Origin: Deltaproteobacteria bacterium
Lineage (GTDB): Bacteria; Myxococcota_A; UBA796; SXON01
NCBI GenBank assembly: GCA_947484175.1
Contig: CANKOI010000009.1
Span: forward strand, 5,829-69,828
DNA: 64,000 bases
Direction of reading: 5' to 3'
Positions 41,805 through 50,969 of the stretch are shown one piece after another; position 1 is the first letter of the stretch, and every line of letters starts with the position of its first letter. A program made the translations under genes and the position numbers. Under the pieces are notes generated by a model that worked only from the letters and a program-made list of their open reading frames with translations, made no database searches and was not told the origin of the DNA.

Positions 41805-43907
41805 ATGAATATCCAATCCGTAACCGTCGAAGTCGGCGGTCGTCCTCTCACCATCGAAACGGGCAAGTACGCCAAGCAGTCCGACGGCAGCGTCATCGTC
41901 ACCCAGGGAGACAGCCGCGTGCTCGTCACCTGCGTGGCCGGCCACACCCCCGCCCGCTTCGACTTCCTCCCCCTCACCGTCGAATACATGGACCGCACTG
42001 GCGGCTACGGGAAGATTCCCGGCAGCTTCCCCAAGCGCGAAGGCCGCGGCAACGAGCGCGAAACGCTCGCCTCCCGCATCATCGACCGTCCGATTCGCCC
42101 GCTCTTCCCGAAGACCTGGCGCTTCGAAACCCAGATCATCGCCACCGTGGTGTCGTTTGACACCGACAACGACACCGACGTTCTCAGCGTGGTTGGCGCC
42201 TCGGCGGCCACCCTCATCAGCAACGTGCCGGTGAAGCAGTCCTGCGCGGCCGTGCGCGTGGTTCGTCACGCCGGCGAGCTGTACATCAACCCCAGCCGCG
42301 TGCAGATCGACGAAGCCGACATGAACATCGTCGTGGCCGGAACAGCCGATGCCGTGTGCATGGTGGAAGGCGGCGGCAAGGAAGTCTCCGAGTCCCTGAT
42401 GATGGACGCGATGGACCTCGCGCACGCCGCGATCAAGGACATCTGCAAGGCCATCGACCAGCTCCGCGTCCTCACCGGCAACGCGGAGAAGCGCGCTGTT
42501 CCCGAGGCCGCAAAGCCCGACGCCGCCACGCTCAAGAAGGTGACCGCTGCCGCTGGCGACGCCGTGAAGGCCGCCCTGCGCATGCGCGTGAAGGGTGACC
42601 GCAAGGCCGCCCTCGCCGCCGCGCGGGCCGCTGGCCTCGCCGCCGCCACCGAGGGTCTCGAGGGCGATGCAGCCACCGCCGCAAGCGGGGTAGCCGGTGA
42701 GATCGTCGACAAGCTGGTGAAGGTCGCCATGCGCACCCAGGTCATCCAGGAAGGTCTCCGGATCGACGGGCGCGCCAGCGACGAAATCCGCCCCATCTGG
42801 ACGGAAGTGGGCGTCTCCGCCCGCGCCCACGGCTCGGCGGTGTTCACTCGTGGCGAAACCCAGGTGTTCGCCACGGTGGCGCTCGGCGTGGAAGACGAAG
42901 CCCAGCGCATCGACTTCGCCGGCAGCACCACGATGTTCCGCCGCTGGATGCTCCAGTACAACTTCCCGCCGTTCTGCACCGGCGAGGCCTACCCGATGCG
43001 CGGCCCCAAGCGCCGCGAGATCGGCCACGGCGCCCTCGCGCACCGCGCCATCCAGATGGTCCTCCCCCTGCAGACCCAGTTCCCCTACGTGATCCGCTGC
43101 AGCGCCGACACCTTGGAGAGCAACGGCTCCTCCTCGATGGGCACGGTCTGCGCCGGAACGTTGGCGTTGCTCGACGCCGGTGTGCCGATGAAGGCCCCCG
43201 TGGCCGGCATCGCGATGGGCCTCATCAAGGAAGGCGACGACTACGCGGTGCTCTCCGACATCCTCGGCGACGAAGACCACCTCGGCGACATGGACTTCAA
43301 GGTGACCGGCACCACGGCGGGCATCACTGCCTTCCAGATGGACACCAAAATCTCCGGTGTGAGCCGCGAGATCATGACCAAGGCGCTCGCGCAGGCCCGT
43401 GAAGGCCGCATGCACATCCTCGCCGAGATGGCCAAGACCCTCGCCACCCACCGCGACGACCTGTCGAAGTGGGCCCCGCGCATCACCACGATCCAGATCA
43501 AGACCGAGAAGATCAAGGACGTCATCGGCCCCGGCGGCAAGGTGATCCGCGGCCTTCAGGACAAGACGGGCTGCAAGATCACCGTGCACGACGACGGCAA
43601 GATCGACGTGGCGAGCAGCGACCCCGCGAAGAGCGCGGTGGCGATCGCGATGCTCCGCGAGATCACGGCGGAAGCCGAGATCGGCAAGCTCTACGTGGGC
43701 GTCGTCAAGCGCATCACCGACTTCGGCGCCTTCGTGGAAATCTTCCCCGGCACCGACGGCCTCGTGCACATCAGCCACCTCGCCAAGGAGCGCGTCAACG
43801 CGGTCACCGATGTGGTGAGCGAGGGTGACGAGGTGCTGGTGCGGGTGATCGACATCGACCGCATGGGCAAGATCCGCCTCAGCCGCAAAGAAGCGCTGGA
43901 AGACTAA
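41805..43907 (+). CDS. pnp: Polyribonucleotide nucleotidyltransferase (PNPase)
   Basis: Two RNase PH domains, then KH and S1 (GKLYVGVVKRITDFGAFVEIFPGTDGLVHIS). 700 aa. Confidence 0.97.
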   Translation: MNIQSVTVEVGGRPLTIETGKYAKQSDGSVIVTQGDSRVLVTCVAGHTPARFDFLPLTVEYMDRTGGYGKIPGSFPKREGRGNERETLASRIIDRPIRPLFPKTWRFETQIIATVVSFDTDNDTDVLSVVGASAATLISNVPVKQSCAAVRVVRHAGELYINPSRVQIDEADMNIVVAGTADAVCMVEGGGKEVSESLMMDAMDLAHAAIKDICKAIDQLRVLTGNAEKRAVPEAAKPDAATLKKVTAAAGDAVKAALRMRVKGDRKAALAAARAAGLAAATEGLEGDAATAASGVAGEIVDKLVKVAMRTQVIQEGLRIDGRASDEIRPIWTEVGVSARAHGSAVFTRGETQVFATVALGVEDEAQRIDFAGSTTMFRRWMLQYNFPPFCTGEAYPMRGPKRREIGHGALAHRAIQMVLPLQTQFPYVIRCSADTLESNGSSSMGTVCAGTLALLDAGVPMKAPVAGIAMGLIKEGDDYAVLSDILGDEDHLGDMDFKVTGTTAGITAFQMDTKISGVSREIMTKALAQAREGRMHILAEMAKTLATHRDDLSKWAPRITTIQIKTEKIKDVIGPGGKVIRGLQDKTGCKITVHDDGKIDVASSDPAKSAVAIAMLREITAEAEIGKLYVGVVKRITDFGAFVEIFPGTDGLVHISHLAKERVNAVTDVVSEGDEVLVRVIDIDRMGKIRLSRKEALED

Positions 43908-43940
43908 GCCTTCCGCGAAACGTCGCAGGAAGGAGTCTCC

Positions 43941-44393
43941 ATGGAGCGCATCGCGGTTCAGGTCCTGCCCCACGGGGCAGGGCTCCCCCTGCCGGCTCGC
44001 GCCTCCGCAGGCGCGGCCGGGTTCGACCTTCGGGCCGCGCTCACCGAGTCGCTCACGCTCCTTCCGGGGGCGCGAGCGCTCGTGCCTTGTGGCATCGCTC
44101 TCGCCATCCCGGAGGGCTGGGAGGGACAGGTGCGGCCCCGCTCCGGGCTCGCCTTTCGGCACGGGATCACGCTCATCAACAGCCCCGGCACCATCGACAG
44201 CGACTACCGTGGTGAGGTGCTGGTGCCGCTGGTGAACCTAGGCTCCGAGCCGTTCGTGGTGCAGCGCGGGGAACGCATTGCCCAGATCATCTTCGCGCCG
44301 GTACCGGCCAGTACGCTGGTGGAGGTGCAGGAGCTGCCCGCGGCGGCTGGAGACCGCGGGAGCGGCGGCTTTGGGTCTACGGGGCGGGGGTGA
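43941..44393 (+). CDS. dut: dUTP diphosphatase
   Basis: [25 protein letters not shown] and GGFGSTG motifs. Confidence 0.95.
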   Translation: MERIAVQVLPHGAGLPLPARASAGAAGFDLRAALTESLTLLPGARALVPCGIALAIPEGWEGQVRPRSGLAFRHGITLINSPGTIDSDYRGEVLVPLVNLGSEPFVVQRGERIAQIIFAPVPASTLVEVQELPAAAGDRGSGGFGSTGRG

Positions 44394-44396
44394 GGG

Positions 44397-44720
44397 CTAC
44401 AACGACAGCGAAACCGGCACGCCCAACTTCCGCGTGAACAACCCGCTCAACACCGTCGCCATGGCCACCCCGGTGTCCCGCTCCGGCCAGCCGGCGCCGT
44501 CGCAGCGGAAATGCCAGGCGGTCGAGAATGCGCTCAGCCACAGCTCCCGCGTGGGTACCTGCTGGCTGAGCACGAACACCCCGCCCGACTCAAACTCCAC
44601 CGTGAGCACCCCGTCCGTGAGCTTCCAGTCGAGATCGTCGGTGTCGATGCTGTCGATCTGCTGGCCCAGCGCCTTGATGGTGGTCGAAACGGCCTGACGG
44701 AAGGTGGACTCGTCGATCAT
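44397..44720 (-). CDS. cyaY: Frataxin-like iron donor CyaY
   Basis: 107 aa. It aligns with E. coli CyaY (DGVLTVEFESGGVFVLSQQVPTRELWLS...WHF). Confidence 0.8.
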   Translation of the reverse strand: MIDESTFRQAVSTTIKALGQQIDSIDTDDLDWKLTDGVLTVEFESGGVFVLSQQVPTRELWLSAFSTAWHFRCDGAGWPERDTGVAMATVLSGLFTRKLGVPVSLSL

Positions 44721-44793
44721 CCTTCCTCGCTAACCGCCACGTCCGCCGCCGGGCCGTAGGCCACACCCCCGTTTCACGTTAGACGCCCGCCTC

Positions 44794-46305
44794 ATGTTCG
44801 ACACCCTCTCACGCGGTTTCCGCAACGCGCGCCTCAAACTGCAAGGCAAGACCGAGCTCTCCGAAGAAGCGGTGGCCGATGCACTTCGGGATGTGCGCAC
44901 CTCGCTGATCGAGGCCGACGTGAGCCTCGATGTCACCAAGGACTTTCTCGAGCGCGTAAAACAGCGCTCTCTGGGGCAGGTGGTCACCCTGAAGGTGAAG
45001 AACCAGCCCTTCCAGGCCACACCCGCCGACCACTTCATCAAGGCCTGCTACGACGAGCTCGAGGCCATGATGGGCCCGGCCGACTCCAGCCTCGATCTCG
45101 ACGGAAAGCCCGCGCTCATCATGATGGTGGGGCTCCAAGGCTCCGGGAAAACGACGACCGCCGGTAAGCTCGCGCGGCGGCTGGTTTCTCAGGGGCGGAA
45201 ACCCATGCTCGTGGCCGCTGACGTGTACCGGCCGGCCGCAGTGGACCAGCTCGTCACGCTCGGCCGTAAGCTCAGTGTCCCGGTGTTCTCGATCAAGGGC
45301 ATGAGCCCGGTGCAGCTCTGCACCACCGCCGTGACCCAGGCCCGCAACGTGGGACGCGACGTGGTGATCTTCGACACCGCCGGGCGCCTCGCCCTCGACG
45401 AAACGCTGATGGCCGAGCTCGACCAGATCAAGGAGAAGACCCAGCCGAAGAACATCCTGTTCGTGTGTGACTCGATGATCGGCCAAGATGCCGTGCGCAC
45501 CGCCGCCGAGTTCGACCGTCGGCTCGCGTTCACCGGCTTCGTGCTCACCAAGCTCGATGGCGATGCCCGCGGTGGCGCCGCCGTGTCGATCAAGGCGGTC
45601 ACCGGCAAGCCCGTCAAGTTCCTCGGCATGGGCGAAGGCCTCGACAAACTCGAAGAATTCCGCCCGGCTGGGCTCGCAAGCCGCATCCTCGGCTTTGGCG
45701 ACGTCGTGGGCCTGATGAGCGACTTCGAGAAGGTGGTCGACAAAGAGAAGGCCGAAGCCGACGCCGAGAAGATGCTGCGCGGCCAGTTCACCTACGACGA
45801 CTTCCAGAGCCAGCTCAAGATGATCAAGTCGATGGGCTCACTCAAGGACGTGATGGGCAAGCTCCCCTTCATGGACGAAGTGATGGCTCAGGTGCCCTCC
45901 GGTGCCTTGGACGACTACGAACTGGTCAAGGTCGAGGCTGTGATTCAGTCGATGACCACCCAGGAGCGCAGGCGGCCCGACCTCCTCGACGAGTCCCGTT
46001 TCGCTCGCCTCGCCCGCGGTTCCGGTCGGCCGATTCAGGAAGTCCGCGACCTGCACACTCGGTTCAACATGACCCGGGCCATGATGAAAGAGGTCGGCTC
46101 CATGACCGGCATGATGAGCGGCAACCTCAACCCGAAGGCCCTCCAGCAGCGGATGGCCCAGTACGCTCAGCAGGCCGGCATGGCCCTACCCGGCATGGGC
46201 GCTCCCGAAGCACCTCGTCCGCCGGCGCTCACGGCCGCCGAGCGGGATCTCCGGCGCAAGAAGGCGAAAGACGCCAAGAGAGCCCGTAAGAAACAACGGA
46301 AATGA
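44794..46305 (+). CDS. ffh: Signal recognition particle protein Ffh
   Basis: MFDTLSRGFRNA..., GLQGSGKTTT, DTAGR, TKLDGDARGGAA, and a Met-rich M domain. Confidence 0.97.
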   Translation: MFDTLSRGFRNARLKLQGKTELSEEAVADALRDVRTSLIEADVSLDVTKDFLERVKQRSLGQVVTLKVKNQPFQATPADHFIKACYDELEAMMGPADSSLDLDGKPALIMMVGLQGSGKTTTAGKLARRLVSQGRKPMLVAADVYRPAAVDQLVTLGRKLSVPVFSIKGMSPVQLCTTAVTQARNVGRDVVIFDTAGRLALDETLMAELDQIKEKTQPKNILFVCDSMIGQDAVRTAAEFDRRLAFTGFVLTKLDGDARGGAAVSIKAVTGKPVKFLGMGEGLDKLEEFRPAGLASRILGFGDVVGLMSDFEKVVDKEKAEADAEKMLRGQFTYDDFQSQLKMIKSMGSLKDVMGKLPFMDEVMAQVPSGALDDYELVKVEAVIQSMTTQERRRPDLLDESRFARLARGSGRPIQEVRDLHTRFNMTRAMMKEVGSMTGMMSGNLNPKALQQRMAQYAQQAGMALPGMGAPEAPRPPALTAAERDLRRKKAKDAKRARKKQRK

Positions 46306-46338
46306 CGAAGGCGCCTCCGTAGCGGCCGGCCGCCGGGC

Positions 46339-47394
46339 TCAGCCACCGCCCGCCGTCGCCGCGGGGATCGCCGCCGACCACCCCGCGGCCGTCACAGTGG
46401 ACGGTTCCGCCGCGAACCACCCGCCGCCTGCCGCGCGAGTTTCGCCATCCACCCGCAGCTCCAACCCGAACGCGGGCGCCCGCCCGCCGATTAGCGGCGT
46501 CTCGTCGACGCGCCCCACCGCCCAGACCACGTTGCCGAGCCGCCCGGCAGACCACGAGCCGTCCGTGGCGGCGAGAAGCCCCGGCAGGGGAACTGCGCGA
46601 GGGAGCTGCGCGGCCGGGCCGGCCAGAAACGACGAGGGGGCCTCGACTACCACCACCACGGGAGGCACCGCCACGGTGGCCTTCGTAGGGGCGGTGACCT
46701 CCACCTCGAAGTGAAGGGTGGCCGTGCACGGGGCGACGGCCCGCAACCGCAGCTCCACCCGCCGGGCCAGAACACCGGGCGCCCGGTGGTCGTCTTCCAC
46801 GACCCGGTCGAGCCGGAGGCAACCCGGGTCGTCGCCGCTGCGACGCAGCGAGAGCACGACGGGAGGTGCGGCGATCATCTCCACGGCCACCAGCACGTCG
46901 CTGCCTAGGAAAACCGCTCCCTGAGGGCCTTCGCTGCGTGCGAACGCCGGTCCCGGCGGCAGTAGCTCGGCGAAGGGAGCGGTACCGAGGGCCACGGCGA
47001 AGTCGGGGTCGATGGCCGCTTCGTAGGGCGACCGAACTCCGAGGGTGAGTGCCCGGCGCAGGTCGGCGGCGGCCTCTTCCGGCCGGCCGAGACGCAGGCG
47101 CCACGCCGAGCGATTGTACCAAGCGAGGCCGGCGTCCGGGTGTGCTTTCTGCGTGGCGGTGGCGAGCGCCTCAGCAGCCGCAAGGTTCCCGGCCTGGGCG
47201 TGCGCTTTCGCCTCCCAGAGCGCCAGGACCGCGCTCGAGGGGTCCCCCTTTCGGGCAGCAGCAAAGGCCTCCGCCGCCGCCGCCGCATCGCCTTCCGCAA
47301 GCGCGGCCCGCCCAGCTTCGTACTCGACGAGGGCACCCTTCAAAGGGGCCAGCTGCTCGTCGGCGCAAGCACTGAGCAGCCAGAGGAGGATCAC
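46339..47394 (-). CDS. TPR-containing lipoprotein, hypothetical
   Basis: GTG at 47394 (GTGA overlap with the pgeF stop) gives VILLWLLSAC. TPR-like Ala-rich repeats are followed by an unknown C-terminal domain. The longer ORF-track N-terminus is rejected. Confidence 0.6.
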   Translation of the reverse strand: MILLWLLSACADEQLAPLKGALVEYEAGRAALAEGDAAAAAEAFAAARKGDPSSAVLALWEAKAHAQAGNLAAAEALATATQKAHPDAGLAWYNRSAWRLRLGRPEEAAADLRRALTLGVRSPYEAAIDPDFAVALGTAPFAELLPPGPAFARSEGPQGAVFLGSDVLVAVEMIAAPPVVLSLRRSGDDPGCLRLDRVVEDDHRAPGVLARRVELRLRAVAPCTATLHFEVEVTAPTKATVAVPPVVVVVEAPSSFLAGPAAQLPRAVPLPGLLAATDGSWSAGRLGNVVWAVGRVDETPLIGGRAPAFGLELRVDGETRAAGGGWFAAEPSTVTAAGWSAAIPAATAGGG

Positions 47395-48053
47395 GCGGGG
47401 GCTCCCAGGAGGCCGATCGCACCCACCTGCCGCTCTGCATCGCTGGCCCGGTGGGAGTACCATCCCTCGCCGCAGCGCGTACACCCTCCCACGACCTCCA
47501 CTTCCACGCCAGCCGCTGCGAGGATCTCCGCGTTGGCGATCGCGAGGTCTACCTGCTGGCCACGGAGCCAGGAGCGTCCGGGCGCTACGGCCTCCACCCC
47601 CACGATCACCTCGTCGCCTACCGCGTAGCAGCAGCCGCGGATACTCGGGCCGACCGCGGCACGCACCCGCGAGGGGGCAACGCCAGTCGCCTCGCACAAC
47701 GCCCGAAGTCCCTCGCGGACCACATCGGCTGCGGTACCGCGCCAGCCCGCGTGGATGGCGGCCACCCCGCCCGGCGCGGCCAGCAGGACCGGCACACAGT
47801 CCGCAACTCGGACAGCGATCACCGTCCCGGGCGTCGTACACACCAGCGCGTCGGCCTCGACGGGATCGGAGCCCACTTGCTCGGCGAACACGACGGCCCG
47901 CCCGTGTACCTGCGTGGCCGTGACCAAGGGGCCTCGCCCGCCGAGTGCGGCCACCACAGCCTCGGAGGGGCCACGCACCTCGCGGCGCATGTCCCCGTCC
48001 GCGCGCCCGCTGAACGCATGCGGAGTGGCGGCCAAGAGCCGGGACCGAAGCAT
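47391..48053 (-). CDS. pgeF: Peptidoglycan editing factor PgeF / YfiH (DUF152, laccase-domain) protein
   Basis: TQVHG, ADALV, ADCVPVLL and HAGWRG motifs. Confidence 0.85.
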   Translation of the reverse strand: MLRSRLLAATPHAFSGRADGDMRREVRGPSEAVVAALGGRGPLVTATQVHGRAVVFAEQVGSDPVEADALVCTTPGTVIAVRVADCVPVLLAAPGGVAAIHAGWRGTAADVVREGLRALCEATGVAPSRVRAAVGPSIRGCCYAVGDEVIVGVEAVAPGRSWLRGQQVDLAIANAEILAAAGVEVEVVGGCTRCGEGWYSHRASDAERQVGAIGLLGAPA

Positions 48054-48089
48054 GGCGATGCCTTATCGGGCCGTGCTACGCTGGGCGGG

Positions 48090-49676
48090 ATGATGTTTTC
48101 ATTCCTTCTGCTCGCCGCCTGCTCGGGCACCAGCAGCTCAGGCGGTGGCACGGCGAACTACACCCTCTCACTCGTGCCGGTCACCCCGCCCGACGTCAAC
48201 CCCTTCGACGGCGCCGATCGCATCGATCTGCTGCTCGACGACGGGGTGGGCGCACCCGTCCGCGTACCGCTGGATGTGCCGGAGTCGGGAGGAAGCGCCG
48301 AGGCCAAGGACCTGCCCGTTCTCGACGGTGCCAGGGTGGTGGTGGAGGTGTACGACGAGGGTGAACTGGTGGGCTGGGGGCAGTCGAATCCCCTTTCCTC
48401 GACGACCGACGAGCTCGAAACCACCGTGCTGGTCACGGTGCCCGACTCCCTGGCGCGGCTCGGCGGCTTGCCGGAGGAGTGGGCGCTCGGGGGCGGGGCC
48501 GCCTTAGGAGAGGGGCGATTTGTGCTCATGGGCGGGGTGGGGAACCGCTCCACCAAAAATCCTGACCGCGAGCTCGACGTCGTGTGGACGCTCGACCTTG
48601 GCGCTCCCGACCCCTCCCTCACCTTTCTCGAGGCCGACACGCTCCCCGAGTATGTCGACGCCTCGGGCGACACCGAGACGAACCGGCGCGATTTCACGCT
48701 CACTCGCCTCACCTCCGGCGACGCCGGGATGTTCCTGTTGGTCGGCGGCTCCGACTCGATCGGGTACAGGGACGGCACGGCCGTCACGGCGGACTGCCGC
48801 CTCTTCGACCCCGAAACCTCCAGCTTCTCCGATGCCTTGCCCAGCCGGGACACCCTCCACACGGCGCGAACGGGGCATCAGGCCGCCGCCAACCAGCAGG
48901 GCGGCGTGCTGATCTGGGGTGGGTACGGGGCAGCATCCGCCGGTTACTTCATCGACCTGCAGGATGGCGAACTCTACGATCCAGTCGCCCGCTCCTTCTC
49001 CGAGGTGGAGGGGCCGCGCGAGGCAGGCGAGTTCGTGGCGGGTTCGCTCGCCGTGGGCCTCGCAGCCATCGGGAGCGACGGGGTGCTCGTGGCCGGCGGA
49101 GCCCGCTTTGACGGCGGTAGCGTCTGGTTGGTGACCGGCACGTCATTCGGCGTCGGTGTGGACGGCTCGGTCTCCCCGTTTTCGGACATGGTGCCCGTGG
49201 CGGCTCACGCGATGGTGGCCTTGGACAACGGCGACGTGCTCGCGTTCGGCGGGGTGGAGAGCGACAGCACCCACAACTTCGACGAGGTGATCGCTGCCAG
49301 CCCGCTCGTGCAGCGATTCGACGCCGAAGCCGGAACGTGGGCGACCGTCGGAGAAATGGAAATCGCCCGCGCAGGGCTCTCCGCGACGCTTATCGACGAC
49401 CGTCACGTGGTGCTCGCCGGCGGGGCTGCCGGCTGGGGCCCCGTCGAGTACGACGACTCCGCCATTTCCTGCGTGGAGGTGTACGACACGGAAGACGACA
49501 CCACGGTGATCTTGAACGACTGCATGGCCTCCGACGCAGCCGGGGGGCTTTCGGCTCCGTCGCAGTTCCCGCTCGCGCTCTTCGATCCCGACTTGGGGGT
49601 GCTCTTCGCGGGCGGCATCGACGGCTCGAACGGAGCCCATCCGACCACCACGTTCTTCGCCTTGCCGCGCGACTGA
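48090..49676 (+). CDS. Kelch-like beta-propeller lipoprotein
   Basis: MMFSFLLLAACSG lipobox. There are repeated GG-containing blades (LMGGVGN, LVGGSDS, IWGGYGA, VAGGARFDGG, AFGGVES, LAGGAAGWG, FAGGIDG). Confidence 0.7.
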   Translation: MMFSFLLLAACSGTSSSGGGTANYTLSLVPVTPPDVNPFDGADRIDLLLDDGVGAPVRVPLDVPESGGSAEAKDLPVLDGARVVVEVYDEGELVGWGQSNPLSSTTDELETTVLVTVPDSLARLGGLPEEWALGGGAALGEGRFVLMGGVGNRSTKNPDRELDVVWTLDLGAPDPSLTFLEADTLPEYVDASGDTETNRRDFTLTRLTSGDAGMFLLVGGSDSIGYRDGTAVTADCRLFDPETSSFSDALPSRDTLHTARTGHQAAANQQGGVLIWGGYGAASAGYFIDLQDGELYDPVARSFSEVEGPREAGEFVAGSLAVGLAAIGSDGVLVAGGARFDGGSVWLVTGTSFGVGVDGSVSPFSDMVPVAAHAMVALDNGDVLAFGGVESDSTHNFDEVIAASPLVQRFDAEAGTWATVGEMEIARAGLSATLIDDRHVVLAGGAAGWGPVEYDDSAISCVEVYDTEDDTTVILNDCMASDAAGGLSAPSQFPLALFDPDLGVLFAGGIDGSNGAHPTTTFFALPRD

Positions 49677-49685
49677 CCCCGCCGC

Positions 49686-50384
49686 TTACGCGCTCGCTGG
49701 CATGTCCTGTGCTGCGGCGACCAGCGCGAGAATCCACGGCGCACCCTCGGCGAGCGTCCTCACCTGAAGGTCCGGGCCCGAGGCCGCCAGCGCTTCCGGC
49801 GTGCAGAATCCTGTTTCCACGACGACCACGGCCGCCCCGCCCGCCCGCGCACAGGCCACGTCGTTGATGGTGTCGCCGATCACCACCACGCCGCTCACCG
49901 CGAGCCCCCGCTCCGCGGCCCGCCGGCGCACCACCGGCACCAGGCCGTTCCGATCGCTGGCATCCTCCGCGTAGGCGCCGAAGGGGAAACGCCCCAACAG
50001 GGAGGCCGCGGCGAGCTTTCGTTGGGCGCCGATCGACCAGTTCCCCGTGAGCAGCGCCACGTGCGCCACGCCCTCCAACGCGTCGAGCAGGGCCCCCACC
50101 CCGGGAAGCACCTCCGTGCGCTCGGGCTCCGCTAACCGCCGTTCGAGCGCGGGCAGGTACGCGGCGATCACGCGGGCGGAGTCGGCCGGGCTCCACGGTG
50201 CCTGGAAGCGGGCTGCCACATCCGCACAGATGACCTCGTCGGTGGCCCCCGCGACGTTCACGCCTTCGGTGGCGTCGGGCCAGCCGAAGAGCTGGAGGAA
50301 AGCTTCGTCGAGGGCTTGGCGGCCCGCCCCGCGCGTACGCAGCAGGGTTCCGTCGATGTCGAAGGCCACGAGCGGCAGGCGCAT
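49686..50384 (-). CDS. HAD-superfamily hydrolase (phosphoglycolate phosphatase-like)
   Basis: VAFDIDGTLL (DxDGT), LLTGN and GDTINDVACARAGG motifs. Confidence 0.85.
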   Translation of the reverse strand: MRLPLVAFDIDGTLLRTRGAGRQALDEAFLQLFGWPDATEGVNVAGATDEVICADVAARFQAPWSPADSARVIAAYLPALERRLAEPERTEVLPGVGALLDALEGVAHVALLTGNWSIGAQRKLAAASLLGRFPFGAYAEDASDRNGLVPVVRRRAAERGLAVSGVVVIGDTINDVACARAGGAAVVVVETGFCTPEALAASGPDLQVRTLAEGAPWILALVAAAQDMPASA

Positions 50385-50437
50385 CCCGCTTCCTAATGGA
50401 ACCCCGCGGGCCCCGCATTGTCGGGTATGCTGGAGTG

Positions 50438-50911
50438 ATGGCGCGCATGCGCATCTGGCACCCCGATTACCCGCCGAGCTGGACAGAGCGCCTGCTCGAC
50501 CTGTTCCACGGATCGGTGCCCGAACCCGCGCCGCCCGGTGTAGACCTCACGCTCATGGCCGCTCGTGAGCTCCGAACGATGCGGGAATTCCTCGCCCAGT
50601 GTGGGCCTCCGGTGTTGCTGGGGCACGAGATGGTCAAGGCTGACAGCGGGTGGTCGCTGCCGACCGATGCGGAGGCGCGGCGCTCTGCGGGCGAGGCCTT
50701 GGCGATCCGACTTCGGTTCGGACAGGTACAGCCCGGTGACCTCCGCCTCCCCATGGCCGCCCGCTGGTTCGAGTTCCACGACCTCGCCGGGGGTGGCACC
50801 CGTTGCCTCATCCGTCTAGTGGACGGTCCGGCTCCGCACCTGCGGAGTTTCCTCGCTGCCCGACTCGGGCACGATCCCCATGGTCCCTGGACCGAAGTCG
50901 CGGTCTGTTGA
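50438..50911 (+). CDS. Hypothetical protein
   Basis: The ORF has GC-rich third codon positions and a GGAG just upstream of the ATG at 50438 (alternative start 50396). I recognise no motif. Confidence 0.45.
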   Translation: MARMRIWHPDYPPSWTERLLDLFHGSVPEPAPPGVDLTLMAARELRTMREFLAQCGPPVLLGHEMVKADSGWSLPTDAEARRSAGEALAIRLRFGQVQPGDLRLPMAARWFEFHDLAGGGTRCLIRLVDGPAPHLRSFLAARLGHDPHGPWTEVAVC

Positions 50912-50928
50912 ACGCCCGCGGATTGCTC

Positions 50929-50957
50929 TTGACATTGCCACAAGCGGGCGCAAACTG
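50929..50957 (+). promoter_or_regulatory. Candidate sigma70-type promoter for rel
   Basis: A perfect TTGACA (50929-50934) is followed, at 16-17 nt spacing, by a weak -10 (CAAACT/AAACTG) in the gap before the rel start. Confidence 0.3.
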
Positions 50958-50969
50958 GACAGAGGTGGC

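Noticed and set aside
41691-44162. An 823-aa ORF antisense to pnp and dut. Similar long antisense ORFs occur at 8058-10073, 11831-13786, 23392-25197, 26870-28177, 16365-17654, 31370-32770, 58791-59942, 60055-61602 and 20201-21739.
   Set aside because: Each lies exactly opposite a gene with strong motif-level homology. Their translations are Arg/Gly/Ala/His-rich low-information sequence without recognisable motifs. Long stop-free antisense frames are an expected by-product of very high GC content.
46306-46338. The GC palindrome GCGGCCGGCCGC between the convergent ffh and TPR-lipoprotein genes, considered as a bidirectional terminator.
   Set aside because: It is a perfect palindrome with no loop and no flanking U/A tracts, which is too weak to call. 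The short hairpin at 28693-28709 is likewise not called.
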